DNA of 64,000 bases from an uncultured bacterium (GTDB taxonomy: Bacteria; Actinomycetota; Acidimicrobiia; Spongiisociales; UBA5794), in NCBI GenBank assembly GCA_963801165.1, contig CAWDDT010000011.1, positions 352,001 to 416,000 of the forward strand, in the 5' to 3' direction. Under the pieces are notes generated by a model. It was not told the origin of the DNA. It searched no databases and saw nothing but the letters and a program-made list of their open reading frames with translations. Positions 56,659-64,000 of this stretch are shown here, piece by piece; the first letter of the stretch is position 1; each line of letters opens with the position of its first letter. A program made the position numbers and the translations under genes.

Positions 56659-57468
56659 ATGTTGACAAAGCCTCTTGGAACGGTCGTTCTCGTGACGATC
56701 CTGAGCACGGGGTGCAGCTCCGGCTCGCCATCCGACGCCCTGGCGGCGCCGACGACACACACCTTGCCCGCAACCACCGCCGCGACCACCGCCGCGTTTG
56801 CCCCGACTAGCACGCTCGACCCTTCCGCCCCGGCGACTACACACGTCCCTGTTCCGCCCCCGACGACAACCCCACCGTTGCCGACCACGACGACGACTAC
56901 AGAGCCGCCCCACTTCGAGTACTCGGTTGTGCCCGTGACGGAGGAGACTGTGGCGCTCACGTGGCGTGTGGGATGCCCGCTCGACTGGTCCGAGCTGTCG
57001 CTGTTGACGCTGGCATACTGGGGTTTCGACGGGGAGGCCAAACAGGGGCAGATGGTGGTCAACACGGAGGTCGTCGATGACGTCGTGACCGCTTTCGAGG
57101 GTTTGTTCGAGATCGGATTCCCCATCGAGCGCATGGCTCTGGTCGACGACTACGGCGGCGACGACAAGGCGGCGATGGCGGCCGACGTCACATCCGGGTT
57201 CAACTGCCGCTTCGTCGACGGCACCGAACGCTGGTCGAACCACGCGTTCGGGCTGGCCGTCGACATCAACCCGCTCATCAACCCCTGGGCGCGCGAAGGC
57301 AACGTGCTCCCGCTCGAAGGGACGCCGTACGCCGCGCGCGACAACCCGACTCCGGGGATGATCAACCTCGGTGACGCTGCCATCGACATCTTTGCCGGCG
57401 TGGGATGGTCCTGGGGTGGGGTCTGGACGTCACCCGACTACATGCATTTCTCCCAGCCGGGAAACTGA
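56659..57468 (+). CDS. M15 family metallopeptidase lipoprotein
   Basis: Lipobox STGC, Thr/Pro linker, [25 protein letters not shown]. Confidence 0.88.
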   Translation: MLTKPLGTVVLVTILSTGCSSGSPSDALAAPTTHTLPATTAATTAAFAPTSTLDPSAPATTHVPVPPPTTTPPLPTTTTTTEPPHFEYSVVPVTEETVALTWRVGCPLDWSELSLLTLAYWGFDGEAKQGQMVVNTEVVDDVVTAFEGLFEIGFPIERMALVDDYGGDDKAAMAADVTSGFNCRFVDGTERWSNHAFGLAVDINPLINPWAREGNVLPLEGTPYAARDNPTPGMINLGDAAIDIFAGVGWSWGGVWTSPDYMHFSQPGN

Positions 57469-57483
57469 GAGCGAATACCCGAT

Positions 57484-57505
57484 ACCAAACGAACGTTCGT
57501 TTGGT
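57484..57505. promoter_or_regulatory. Perfect 22-bp palindrome, likely PaaR (TetR-family) operator
   Basis: ACCAAACGAAC GTTCGTTTGGT directly before the TAGCAT -10 box of paaA. Confidence 0.75.
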
Positions 57506-57518
57506 TAGCATGAACCGG

Positions 57519-58439
57519 ATGACCCAACACCTGTTCGACGCGACCATTGCTGCCGACGAGAAGGTCGAGCCGCGGGATTGGATGCCGGACGACTACCGCA
57601 GGACATTGATCCGGCAGATCGCCCAGCACGCCCACTCCGAGGTCATCGGTATGCAGCCGGAGGGGAACTGGATCACGAGGGCACCCAGCCTGAAACGCAA
57701 GGCGATCCTGATCGCCAAGGTCCAGGACGAAGCGGGTCACGGCCTCTATTTGTACTCGGCTGCCGAGACGCTCGGAGTGTCCCGTCACGAACTCGTCGAC
57801 CTTCTGCACGCCGGGAAGCAGAAATACTCGTCGATCTTCAACTATCCCACCCTGAGCTGGGCGGACATCGGCACCATCGGCTGGCTGGTCGACGGCGCCG
57901 CAATCACCAACCAGGTGATGCTTACCCGAACCTCATATGGCCCGTACGCCAGGGCTATGCACCGGATCTGCCGCGAGGAGAGCTTTCACCAACGCCAGGG
58001 GTACGAGATAATCCTGACATTGGCCCGCGGCTCCGCCGAGCAAAAGGCGCTGGCCCAGGATTCGCTCGATCGCTGGTGGTGGCCTTCGTTGATGATGTTC
58101 GGGCCGCACGACGAGGACTCTCCCCACACCAGACAGTCGATGGAGTGGAAGATCAAGCGCATCAGCAACGACGACCTGCGCCGCCAGTTCGTCGACGCCA
58201 CCGTCCCCCAGGCCGAGTACGCCGGTCTCACCATCCCCGACCCGGATCTTCGCTGGAACGAGGAGCGCGGTCACTACGACTTCGGGGAGATCGACTGGGA
58301 CGAGTTCTGGAATGTGCTGCGCGGCAACGGTCCCTGCAACCGGGACCGGATCGAGCACAAGCGCAGAGCCTGGGATGAAGGCGCCTGGGTCCGGGAGGCC
58401 GCCGCCGCGTACGCAGCCAAACAAGACGCCACGCCATGA
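57519..58439 (+). CDS. paaA: Phenylacetyl-CoA epoxidase subunit A
   Basis: [29 protein letters not shown]; start 57519 or 57510. Confidence 0.96.
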   Translation: MTQHLFDATIAADEKVEPRDWMPDDYRRTLIRQIAQHAHSEVIGMQPEGNWITRAPSLKRKAILIAKVQDEAGHGLYLYSAAETLGVSRHELVDLLHAGKQKYSSIFNYPTLSWADIGTIGWLVDGAAITNQVMLTRTSYGPYARAMHRICREESFHQRQGYEIILTLARGSAEQKALAQDSLDRWWWPSLMMFGPHDEDSPHTRQSMEWKIKRISNDDLRRQFVDATVPQAEYAGLTIPDPDLRWNEERGHYDFGEIDWDEFWNVLRGNGPCNRDRIEHKRRAWDEGAWVREAAAAYAAKQDATP

Positions 58440-59002
58440 GCTACGACGTCCCACACATGGAGGGTGAGGCCGAGGTCGGCTTCGCAGCGGCAGACGGTGA
58501 CGACGGTTGGCCACGCTGGGAGGTCTTTGTCCGGCAGGGCGGCGGGCTCACCCATGTGTACTCGGAGTCGGTTCATGCCCCGGACGCCGAGACGGCACTG
58601 CTCAACGCCCGCGACACCTACCTGCGACGCATCGAGGGTGTGAGCCTGTGGGTGACCCCGGCGACTGCGGTCACGGCGTGGGAATCTGATCAACCCGGTC
58701 CGGCTGCTCCCGCAGAGACGGGCGGTGAGAGCATCCTGTGGGAGGTATTTGTCCGTCATCGCCGTGGCCTGGCCCATGTCCATGCGGGCTCGCTCCCCGC
58801 GGCGACGTCGGGCGACGCCATCACCCGCGCCCGGCAGGTGTACGTCACCCGGGATGAAGGGGTGAGCGTCTGGGTGATCCCGTCGAGCCGGATCTACGCC
58901 GCCGATCCGGCAGACGCAGAAGCGATGTTTGCACCGTTTCGTGACAAGGAGTACCGCTACCCCACGTACTACGACATACCCGACGAAGTGGGATACATGT
59001 GA
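58436..59002 (+). CDS. paaB: Phenylacetyl-CoA epoxidase subunit B, internally duplicated
   Basis: WEVFVR...GL.HV...ARD.Y.RR.EGVS.WV occurs twice; C-terminal [10 protein letters not shown]. Confidence 0.9.
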   Translation: MSYDVPHMEGEAEVGFAAADGDDGWPRWEVFVRQGGGLTHVYSESVHAPDAETALLNARDTYLRRIEGVSLWVTPATAVTAWESDQPGPAAPAETGGESILWEVFVRHRRGLAHVHAGSLPAATSGDAITRARQVYVTRDEGVSVWVIPSSRIYAADPADAEAMFAPFRDKEYRYPTYYDIPDEVGYM

Positions 59003-59748
59003 GCGCGCTCACCGACTACCTCATCCGGCACGCCGACGACAATCTGGTGCTGTCGCAGCGACTGGCGGAGTACGTCTCGCACGCCCCGGAGCTGGAAGAG
59101 GATCTTGCTATCGCCAACATCGCCCTTGATCATCTCGGCGTGGCCACACATCTCCTGGAGTACGCCGCCGCTGTCGGCGACACCGGCAAGACCGCAGATG
59201 AGTTGGCCTTCCTCCGCAGCGAACGCGAGTTCACCAACCTCCTCCTCGTCGAGCAACCCAACGGCGACTTCGCCCACATCATGGTCAGACAGTTCCTGTT
59301 CGATGCCTACCAACGGGAGCTCTGGGACGCCCTGGCACACTCCACCGACCACACCGTCGCCGGAATCGCGGCCAAAGCCTCCAAGGAGGCGGCCTACCAC
59401 GTGCGGCACTCGCACGGCTGGCTCGTGCGCCTCGGTGACGGAACAACAGAGAGTCACCTGCGAATGGAGCAGGCCATTGCGGATCTGTGGCGGTTCGTGG
59501 ATGAGATGTTCGACACCGATTCGCTCGACGAGAAGATGACCACAGCGGGGATGGGCGTGGCGCCTGCGGCGCTGCGGGGGGCGTGGGAGGCACTGGTCGA
59601 CGCAACCCTCGAGGAAGCGACGCTGCACCATGGCCCCGTTGACCCCCAGCGCCGCGGCGGTCGGAGTGGGTTTCACACCGAACACCTGGGCCACTTGCTC
59701 ACCGAAATGCAATGGATGCAACGCTCCTATCCGGGTCTGGAGTGGTGA
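58999..59748 (+). CDS. paaC: Phenylacetyl-CoA epoxidase subunit C
   Basis: DDNLVLSQRL, APELEEDLAIANIALD, KEAAYH, HTEHLGHLLTEMQ. Confidence 0.95.
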   Translation: MSALTDYLIRHADDNLVLSQRLAEYVSHAPELEEDLAIANIALDHLGVATHLLEYAAAVGDTGKTADELAFLRSEREFTNLLLVEQPNGDFAHIMVRQFLFDAYQRELWDALAHSTDHTVAGIAAKASKEAAYHVRHSHGWLVRLGDGTTESHLRMEQAIADLWRFVDEMFDTDSLDEKMTTAGMGVAPAALRGAWEALVDATLEEATLHHGPVDPQRRGGRSGFHTEHLGHLLTEMQWMQRSYPGLEW

Positions 59749-60206
59749 TGGACACCCGGGAGCTACGTACGGTGCTGGCCGCGGTGGTCGATCCCGAGAT
59801 CCCGGTGCTGACGATCGCCGATCTCGGGATCCTGCGGGATGTCACCGAGGATCGCAACGGCTCCGTGCGGGTGACCATCACGCCGACCTACTCGGGGTGC
59901 CCCGCCATGGACCACCTACGCCGTGCGATCGAGCGAACACTGATCGCTGCGGGGTATGACGAGATCGAGATCATCACCACGTTCGAACCCCCGTGGACCA
60001 CTGACTGGATGACCGATGAGGGCCGACGGAAGCTCACAGAGTACGGCATCGCCCCTCCCCGACAGCACCCCGGCGAACCGATCCTCTGCCCGCAATGTCG
60101 TAGCGCCTCGAGCCGCGTCGTCTCGGAGTTCGGTGCCACCGCGTGCAAGGCTCTTCACGTCTGCTCGGCGTGCGGCGAGCCGTTCGATCATTTCAAGGAG
60201 ATCTGA
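59748..60206 (+). CDS. paaD: Phenylacetyl-CoA epoxidase subunit D
   Basis: DPEIPVLTIADLG, PTYSGCPAM, CPQC...TACKALHVCSACGEPFDHFK. Confidence 0.95.
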   Translation: MDTRELRTVLAAVVDPEIPVLTIADLGILRDVTEDRNGSVRVTITPTYSGCPAMDHLRRAIERTLIAAGYDEIEIITTFEPPWTTDWMTDEGRRKLTEYGIAPPRQHPGEPILCPQCRSASSRVVSEFGATACKALHVCSACGEPFDHFKEI

Positions 60207-60207
60207 C

Positions 60208-61278
60208 GTGGCCGACGTGGTCTACCACTCGCTCGCAGTCGCCGCGATCGAAGAGCTCACAGACGACGCGGTGGCGGTCACGTTCGCAGTGCCGGAAACG
60301 CTCGCCGCGACCTTTCGGTTCGCTCCGGGCCAGCACATCGGCGTAAAAGCCGAGATCGATGGGCAAGATGTGCGCCGCACCTACTCGGTGTGCACCGACC
60401 CCGGCGAGAACCGGCTGCGCATCGGCGTGAAGCGGATCCCGGGCGGGGCGTTCTCGACGTATGCGACGAGCCGACTCCGGCCGGGCGACCACCTCGAGGT
60501 CGCTGCGCCGTATGGTGATTTCGTCATCGCTCCTGAGCCGGGCACGCTGCGCCACTACGCCGCGGTTGCAGCCGGGAGCGGGATCACACCGGTACTGGCG
60601 ATGGTCGCTGCGGTGCTCAACACGGAGCAGGAGAGCAGGTTCACTCTATTGTTCGGCAATCGCACGTCGACGTCGATCATGTTCCTCGAGGAACTCGAAG
60701 GTCTCAAGGATCGCTACCCGGATCGGTTCCATCTGATCCACGTCTTGTCCCGGGAGGCACAGATCGTTCCCATCCTCTCCGGACGCCTCGACGAGCCGAA
60801 GCTCGAAGACCTCTTCACGACTCTCGTCGATGTCGATTCGGTGGATGGCTGGTATCTGTGCGGGCCGTTCGAGATGGTGGAAGCCACGCGGAACGTGCTT
60901 GCCGACCATGGTGTAGATCCGGCGGCGATCCACGATGAGCTCTTCTTCTCGGAGCCGACGCCACCTGCGCCACCCTCGACAGTGGAGGATGCGGTGGGCG
61001 CGGTACGGCTTCGCTTCACGCTCGACGGCCGGACCACCGCAACCGCCGTGGACCCGGACGGACCTCCGATCCTCTCCTATGCGCTCGCCGAACGCCGGGA
61101 CACCCCTTTCAGCTGCCGGGGCGGCATGTGCACGACCTGCAAGGCGCAGGTGATCGAGGGAGCGGTGAAGATGGATCTCAACTTTGCCCTCACCGCCGAA
61201 GATCTCGCCAAGGGCTACATCCTCACCTGCCAGGCACACCCGACGAGCGAGAAACTGGAGATCACCTACGACGTCTAG
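60208..61278 (+). CDS. paaE: Phenylacetyl-CoA epoxidase reductase subunit E
   Basis: RRTYS, AAGSGITP, YLCGP, SCRGGMCTTC...LTCQ 2Fe-2S motif. Confidence 0.95.
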   Translation: MADVVYHSLAVAAIEELTDDAVAVTFAVPETLAATFRFAPGQHIGVKAEIDGQDVRRTYSVCTDPGENRLRIGVKRIPGGAFSTYATSRLRPGDHLEVAAPYGDFVIAPEPGTLRHYAAVAAGSGITPVLAMVAAVLNTEQESRFTLLFGNRTSTSIMFLEELEGLKDRYPDRFHLIHVLSREAQIVPILSGRLDEPKLEDLFTTLVDVDSVDGWYLCGPFEMVEATRNVLADHGVDPAAIHDELFFSEPTPPAPPSTVEDAVGAVRLRFTLDGRTTATAVDPDGPPILSYALAERRDTPFSCRGGMCTTCKAQVIEGAVKMDLNFALTAEDLAKGYILTCQAHPTSEKLEITYDV

Positions 61279-61376
61279 GAGACCGTTGAGGATTCCGAGT
61301 TCAGGCTCGTGGCAAGCTCGACAACACCCATTTCTCGGAGCGCGGCGAGCTTTCACCGCGATTGATCAACGACCTC

Positions 61377-61964
61377 CTAGCCAGCCGGGGGCGTAGCCGG
61401 TGGGTACTCGACCTCCCAGGCGAGTGACGCCTCGACCAGGTACTCGCTGACCTCGCGACACCTGTCGAGGATGTCGCAGAGTTCCTCCTGACCGATCATC
61501 ACGTCGACAAGAGACAGCTCGACCCTGCCTACGATCGAGAGGCGGATATCGGACCCTGTTGACAGAGCACCGGTCGACTCGACTCCGGATACCTCGATGG
61601 GAAGGTCGAAGCCGGCGATCCCGGCCAGCTCGGCAGCGAGCACCACCAGATCGGGCGGGGCCTTCATCGTCGGCAGCGCCCAGTTGAAGTAGATCGGCAG
61701 CTCGAAGTCACCGTCCGCCTCTGCGATGTCCTCCTCGTGCTCCTTGACCCAGTCCTCGAGCCGGAGCAGCACCCGTGGCTCGACGTCAAATGCGAGGTTC
61801 AGGTCGAGCGGCCCGTCACACGCCGATTCCGGGTGCAGATCAACCTCGAACGACTGACGCAGCGAGAAGGTCTCTATGAAATGCCGTTCGTCGTGAACAT
61901 GAAATCCGTGCTCGATGGCATGGTCCTTCACGTAGGTGACGAAGCCGGCGATGTCGATAGCCAT
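61377..61964 (-). CDS. Acidic hypothetical protein
   Basis: 195 aa, host-like codon usage, TAGCAT -10 box 6 nt before ATG. Confidence 0.75.
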   Translation of the reverse strand: MAIDIAGFVTYVKDHAIEHGFHVHDERHFIETFSLRQSFEVDLHPESACDGPLDLNLAFDVEPRVLLRLEDWVKEHEEDIAEADGDFELPIYFNWALPTMKAPPDLVVLAAELAGIAGFDLPIEVSGVESTGALSTGSDIRLSIVGRVELSLVDVMIGQEELCDILDRCREVSEYLVEASLAWEVEYPPATPPAG

Positions 61965-62003
61965 GACTCGATGCTACCGGCTGATAGCACAATGACACAC
62001 CCC

Positions 62004-62432
62004 TCAGCCGAACCGGGCTGCAAACCGTGCGAGGTTGCGCTTCCACACCCGGCCGAGCAGTGGGCGTGCGAGGTACGCGGCCACCGCACCGCCCAGATAC
62101 CACGGGAACACGAGCTGCTCCGTCCACGTGAACCGGGTGCCGTCTCCCTCCGCGCCGAGCCGGAACTCGCCGGTGCCGGTGACCAGACCCTCGTGTAGTA
62201 CGGCGATACGCCGAGGCGGCTCCCAGACGGCCACCCTGATCACATCTGTGGTGCGGAGCGGACCGAGCCGGGTGAGAACGTGCATGGTCGTACCCACACC
62301 ATCTCTTTGATCACCGACGAACTCGACCGAGGAGGCGTCCGCCATCCACTCGGCATGGGTCTCCAGTCGCGCCAAATCGGCCCACACCGTCTCCTGTTGG
62401 GCGGGGACCACGACGCTGACCACGAGGTTCAC
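62004..62432 (-). CDS. SRPBCC (polyketide cyclase/dehydrase) family protein
   Basis: VWADL...HAEWM, WEPPRRI, GTGEF, TRFTWTE. Confidence 0.82.
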   Translation of the reverse strand: MNLVVSVVVPAQQETVWADLARLETHAEWMADASSVEFVGDQRDGVGTTMHVLTRLGPLRTTDVIRVAVWEPPRRIAVLHEGLVTGTGEFRLGAEGDGTRFTWTEQLVFPWYLGGAVAAYLARPLLGRVWKRNLARFAARFG

Positions 62433-62461
62433 CAGGACGACACTAGGAGTACTCTGCCCGA

Positions 62462-62932
62462 ATGCCGTTTGATTTCAAGCAGAAGCCGACCGGTGTGTTC
62501 AAGCACATCCTGCATGCCCCGGTGTGGTTGTTCCGGGCCAGACTCGGTTTCGTCTTCGGGAAACGGATCGTCATGCTCGAGCACGAGGGTCGTCGCAGCC
62601 GCAAGCTGCGCCGGACACCGCTCGAGGTGGTGCACCACCAAGGCGATTCGTACATCCTGTGCTCGGGTACCGGCCCCAACGCGGACTGGTACCGGAACCT
62701 CAAGGCGAAACCCGCATTGGGGTTGTGGGTGGGCTCCCGACGTCGTGAAGTAATACAGCGGTTCCTCGACGACTCCGAGGCAGCAACCGTGTTCGCCGGA
62801 TACGAGACGGCCCATCCGAAGGCCGCCGGGAAGCTCGCCGCATTGATGGGTGTGTCTCACGACGGCACACACGAGGGCCGTGTGAGGATGGTTGCACAGA
62901 TCCCGATGGTCGAGTTGCGCCTGATGCCGTGA
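62462..62932 (+). CDS. Deazaflavin-dependent nitroreductase family protein
   Basis: LEHEGRRSRKLRRTPLEV, ADWYRNLKAKP. Confidence 0.88.
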   Translation: MPFDFKQKPTGVFKHILHAPVWLFRARLGFVFGKRIVMLEHEGRRSRKLRRTPLEVVHHQGDSYILCSGTGPNADWYRNLKAKPALGLWVGSRRREVIQRFLDDSEAATVFAGYETAHPKAAGKLAALMGVSHDGTHEGRVRMVAQIPMVELRLMP

Positions 62933-63199
62933 TCAGAGGGTGCCGTCACCGCGGGTGTAGGCGGTGACCGCACGACGCAGCTGCGGCGCCATCTCGATGT
63001 CGTGGTTTACCTGCGCCATGTAGCTGGCGATCAATCGCTGCAAACGATCAGCTTCGGCAATCAGCCGGCACAGCGCCTGCTCGTCTTCAGGAGTCACCTC
63101 GGGCTCGAGCGTCCTGGTTGCCGCGACCGCGTCCCAATCTCCTCTGGCGACGGAGTCCTCCAGGTCGGTGAACAGCCGGGCAACCTCGTCGAGTCCGAT
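62933..63199 (-). CDS. FliT-like helical protein lacking a canonical start codon
   Basis: 88 sense codons (IGLDEVARLFTDLEDSVARGDWDAV...RRAVTAYTR) directly after fliS; absent from the ORF track. Confidence 0.55.
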   Translation of the reverse strand: MGLDEVARLFTDLEDSVARGDWDAVAATRTLEPEVTPEDEQALCRLIAEADRLQRLIASYMAQVNHDIEMAPQLRRAVTAYTRGDGTL

Positions 63200-63202
63200 G
63201 AG

Positions 63203-63607
63203 CTACTCCCCCGTCTGCGCCGCGATCGCCGCCCACGCCTCGCGCAGGTCGGTGAGGCTCCTGGCAACGAACGGCAATGCCGTGGCGTCCTTGCTCAGGT
63301 TGGCCTGGGTGAGCTGCTCGAGGCAGAACTGGTAGATGGCATTGAGCGAGGTGGAGATCTCCCCACCCTTGTCGTGGTCGAGCGAGAGCATCAGCTCAGT
63401 GATGATGTCCTGCGCCCGGGTCAGCTCCTTGTGGGCGAGCTCTATAGAGCCGGGCTCCTTGTTCTTGAGCGCCCACTCGGATCGGGCGATGGCGGCCAGC
63501 GCCCGGTCGTACAACATGAGTACGAGCTGTAGCGGACCTGCGGTCCCCACTGCCTGGCTCTGATAGGCATCGCCGGCTGCCTGATACGATACGGCCAGGC
63601 TGGTCAT
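63203..63607 (-). CDS. fliS: Flagellar export chaperone FliS
   Basis: YQSQAVGTAGPLQLVLMLYD, AQDIITELMLSLD, NAIY, QANL, LREAW. Confidence 0.95.
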   Translation of the reverse strand: MTSLAVSYQAAGDAYQSQAVGTAGPLQLVLMLYDRALAAIARSEWALKNKEPGSIELAHKELTRAQDIITELMLSLDHDKGGEISTSLNAIYQFCLEQLTQANLSKDATALPFVARSLTDLREAWAAIAAQTGE

Positions 63608-63633
63608 GTTTCCATTCTCCTTTGCGTTGAGGA

Positions 63634-64000
63634 TCACTGTGAACCATTCATCGAGGCCAGCTGTGTCGAGAGCCACTGTGACTGCGACTGCAGACTGGCC
63701 ATCGCGGTCTCGAGAGCCGCGTATTGCTTGATCAGCAATGCTTGGCGACGGTCGAGCCGATCCTCGAGCTCCTGGATCCGCTCGTCGATTAGATCTATCT
63801 GCGATGAGGTCAGGTCCTGTGCCCTGGCGATGCTCCCGCTGGTTCCCTCGGCGTAGCTCACGGTCTGGTCGAGGGTGCCGAACACACCACGGGAATAGGT
63901 CATCTCGCCCAGCGAGAGCGAGCCCCCGGCGCCACTGACATCGGAGGTGGATGCTGTGACGAGCAGAACGAGACCTTGCGGGCTACCAGCAGATGCGGTC
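63634..64000 (-). CDS. fliD: Flagellar filament cap FliD, C-terminal part (runs off the window)
   Basis: LEDRLDRRQALLIKQYAALETAMASLQSQSQWL; directly upstream of fliS. Confidence 0.88.
   Translation of the reverse strand, partial: TASAGSPQGLVLLVTASTSDVSGAGGSLSLGEMTYSRGVFGTLDQTVSYAEGTSGSIARAQDLTSSQIDLIDERIQELEDRLDRRQALLIKQYAALETAMASLQSQSQWLSTQLASMNGSQ

Overview
A GC-rich (roughly 65%, by eye) bacterial chromosomal segment. It is most likely actinobacterial, probably Acidimicrobiia; this is inferred from the F420-dependent enzymes, Cys-containing SLH-like repeats, Thr-rich lipoprotein linkers and many apparently leaderless starts. Contents in order: YciI and RtcB; a degenerate PPTase-like protein; a SigC-like copper-assembly locus (two PCu(A)C, SCO, cupredoxin, zinc-finger anti-sigma) with two matching promoter boxes; four SLH-repeat surface proteins flanking a ~13 kb uncharacterised catabolic cluster (ThDP enzyme, acylating aldehyde dehydrogenase, AroQ, lactonase, TRAP transporter, citryl-CoA lyase, AroK-AroB, GntR); an ECF sigma / accessory protein / S8 protease / TPR-CHAT four-gene module; aceE-fetAB; two-component systems; an AbiEi-DUF559 nuclease gene bracketed by inverted GTAG hairpin repeats; paaABCDE; and the end of a flagellar operon (fliD, fliS, cryptic fliT-like ORF). 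No rRNA, tRNA, CRISPR array or classical transposase was recognised. Best candidates for undescribed biology: the protease-sigma signalling module, the hairpin-flanked DUF559 element, the homogenised T-skewed SLH cassette and the cyclitol-type catabolic cluster. All calls come from reading motifs by eye; no database searches were run.
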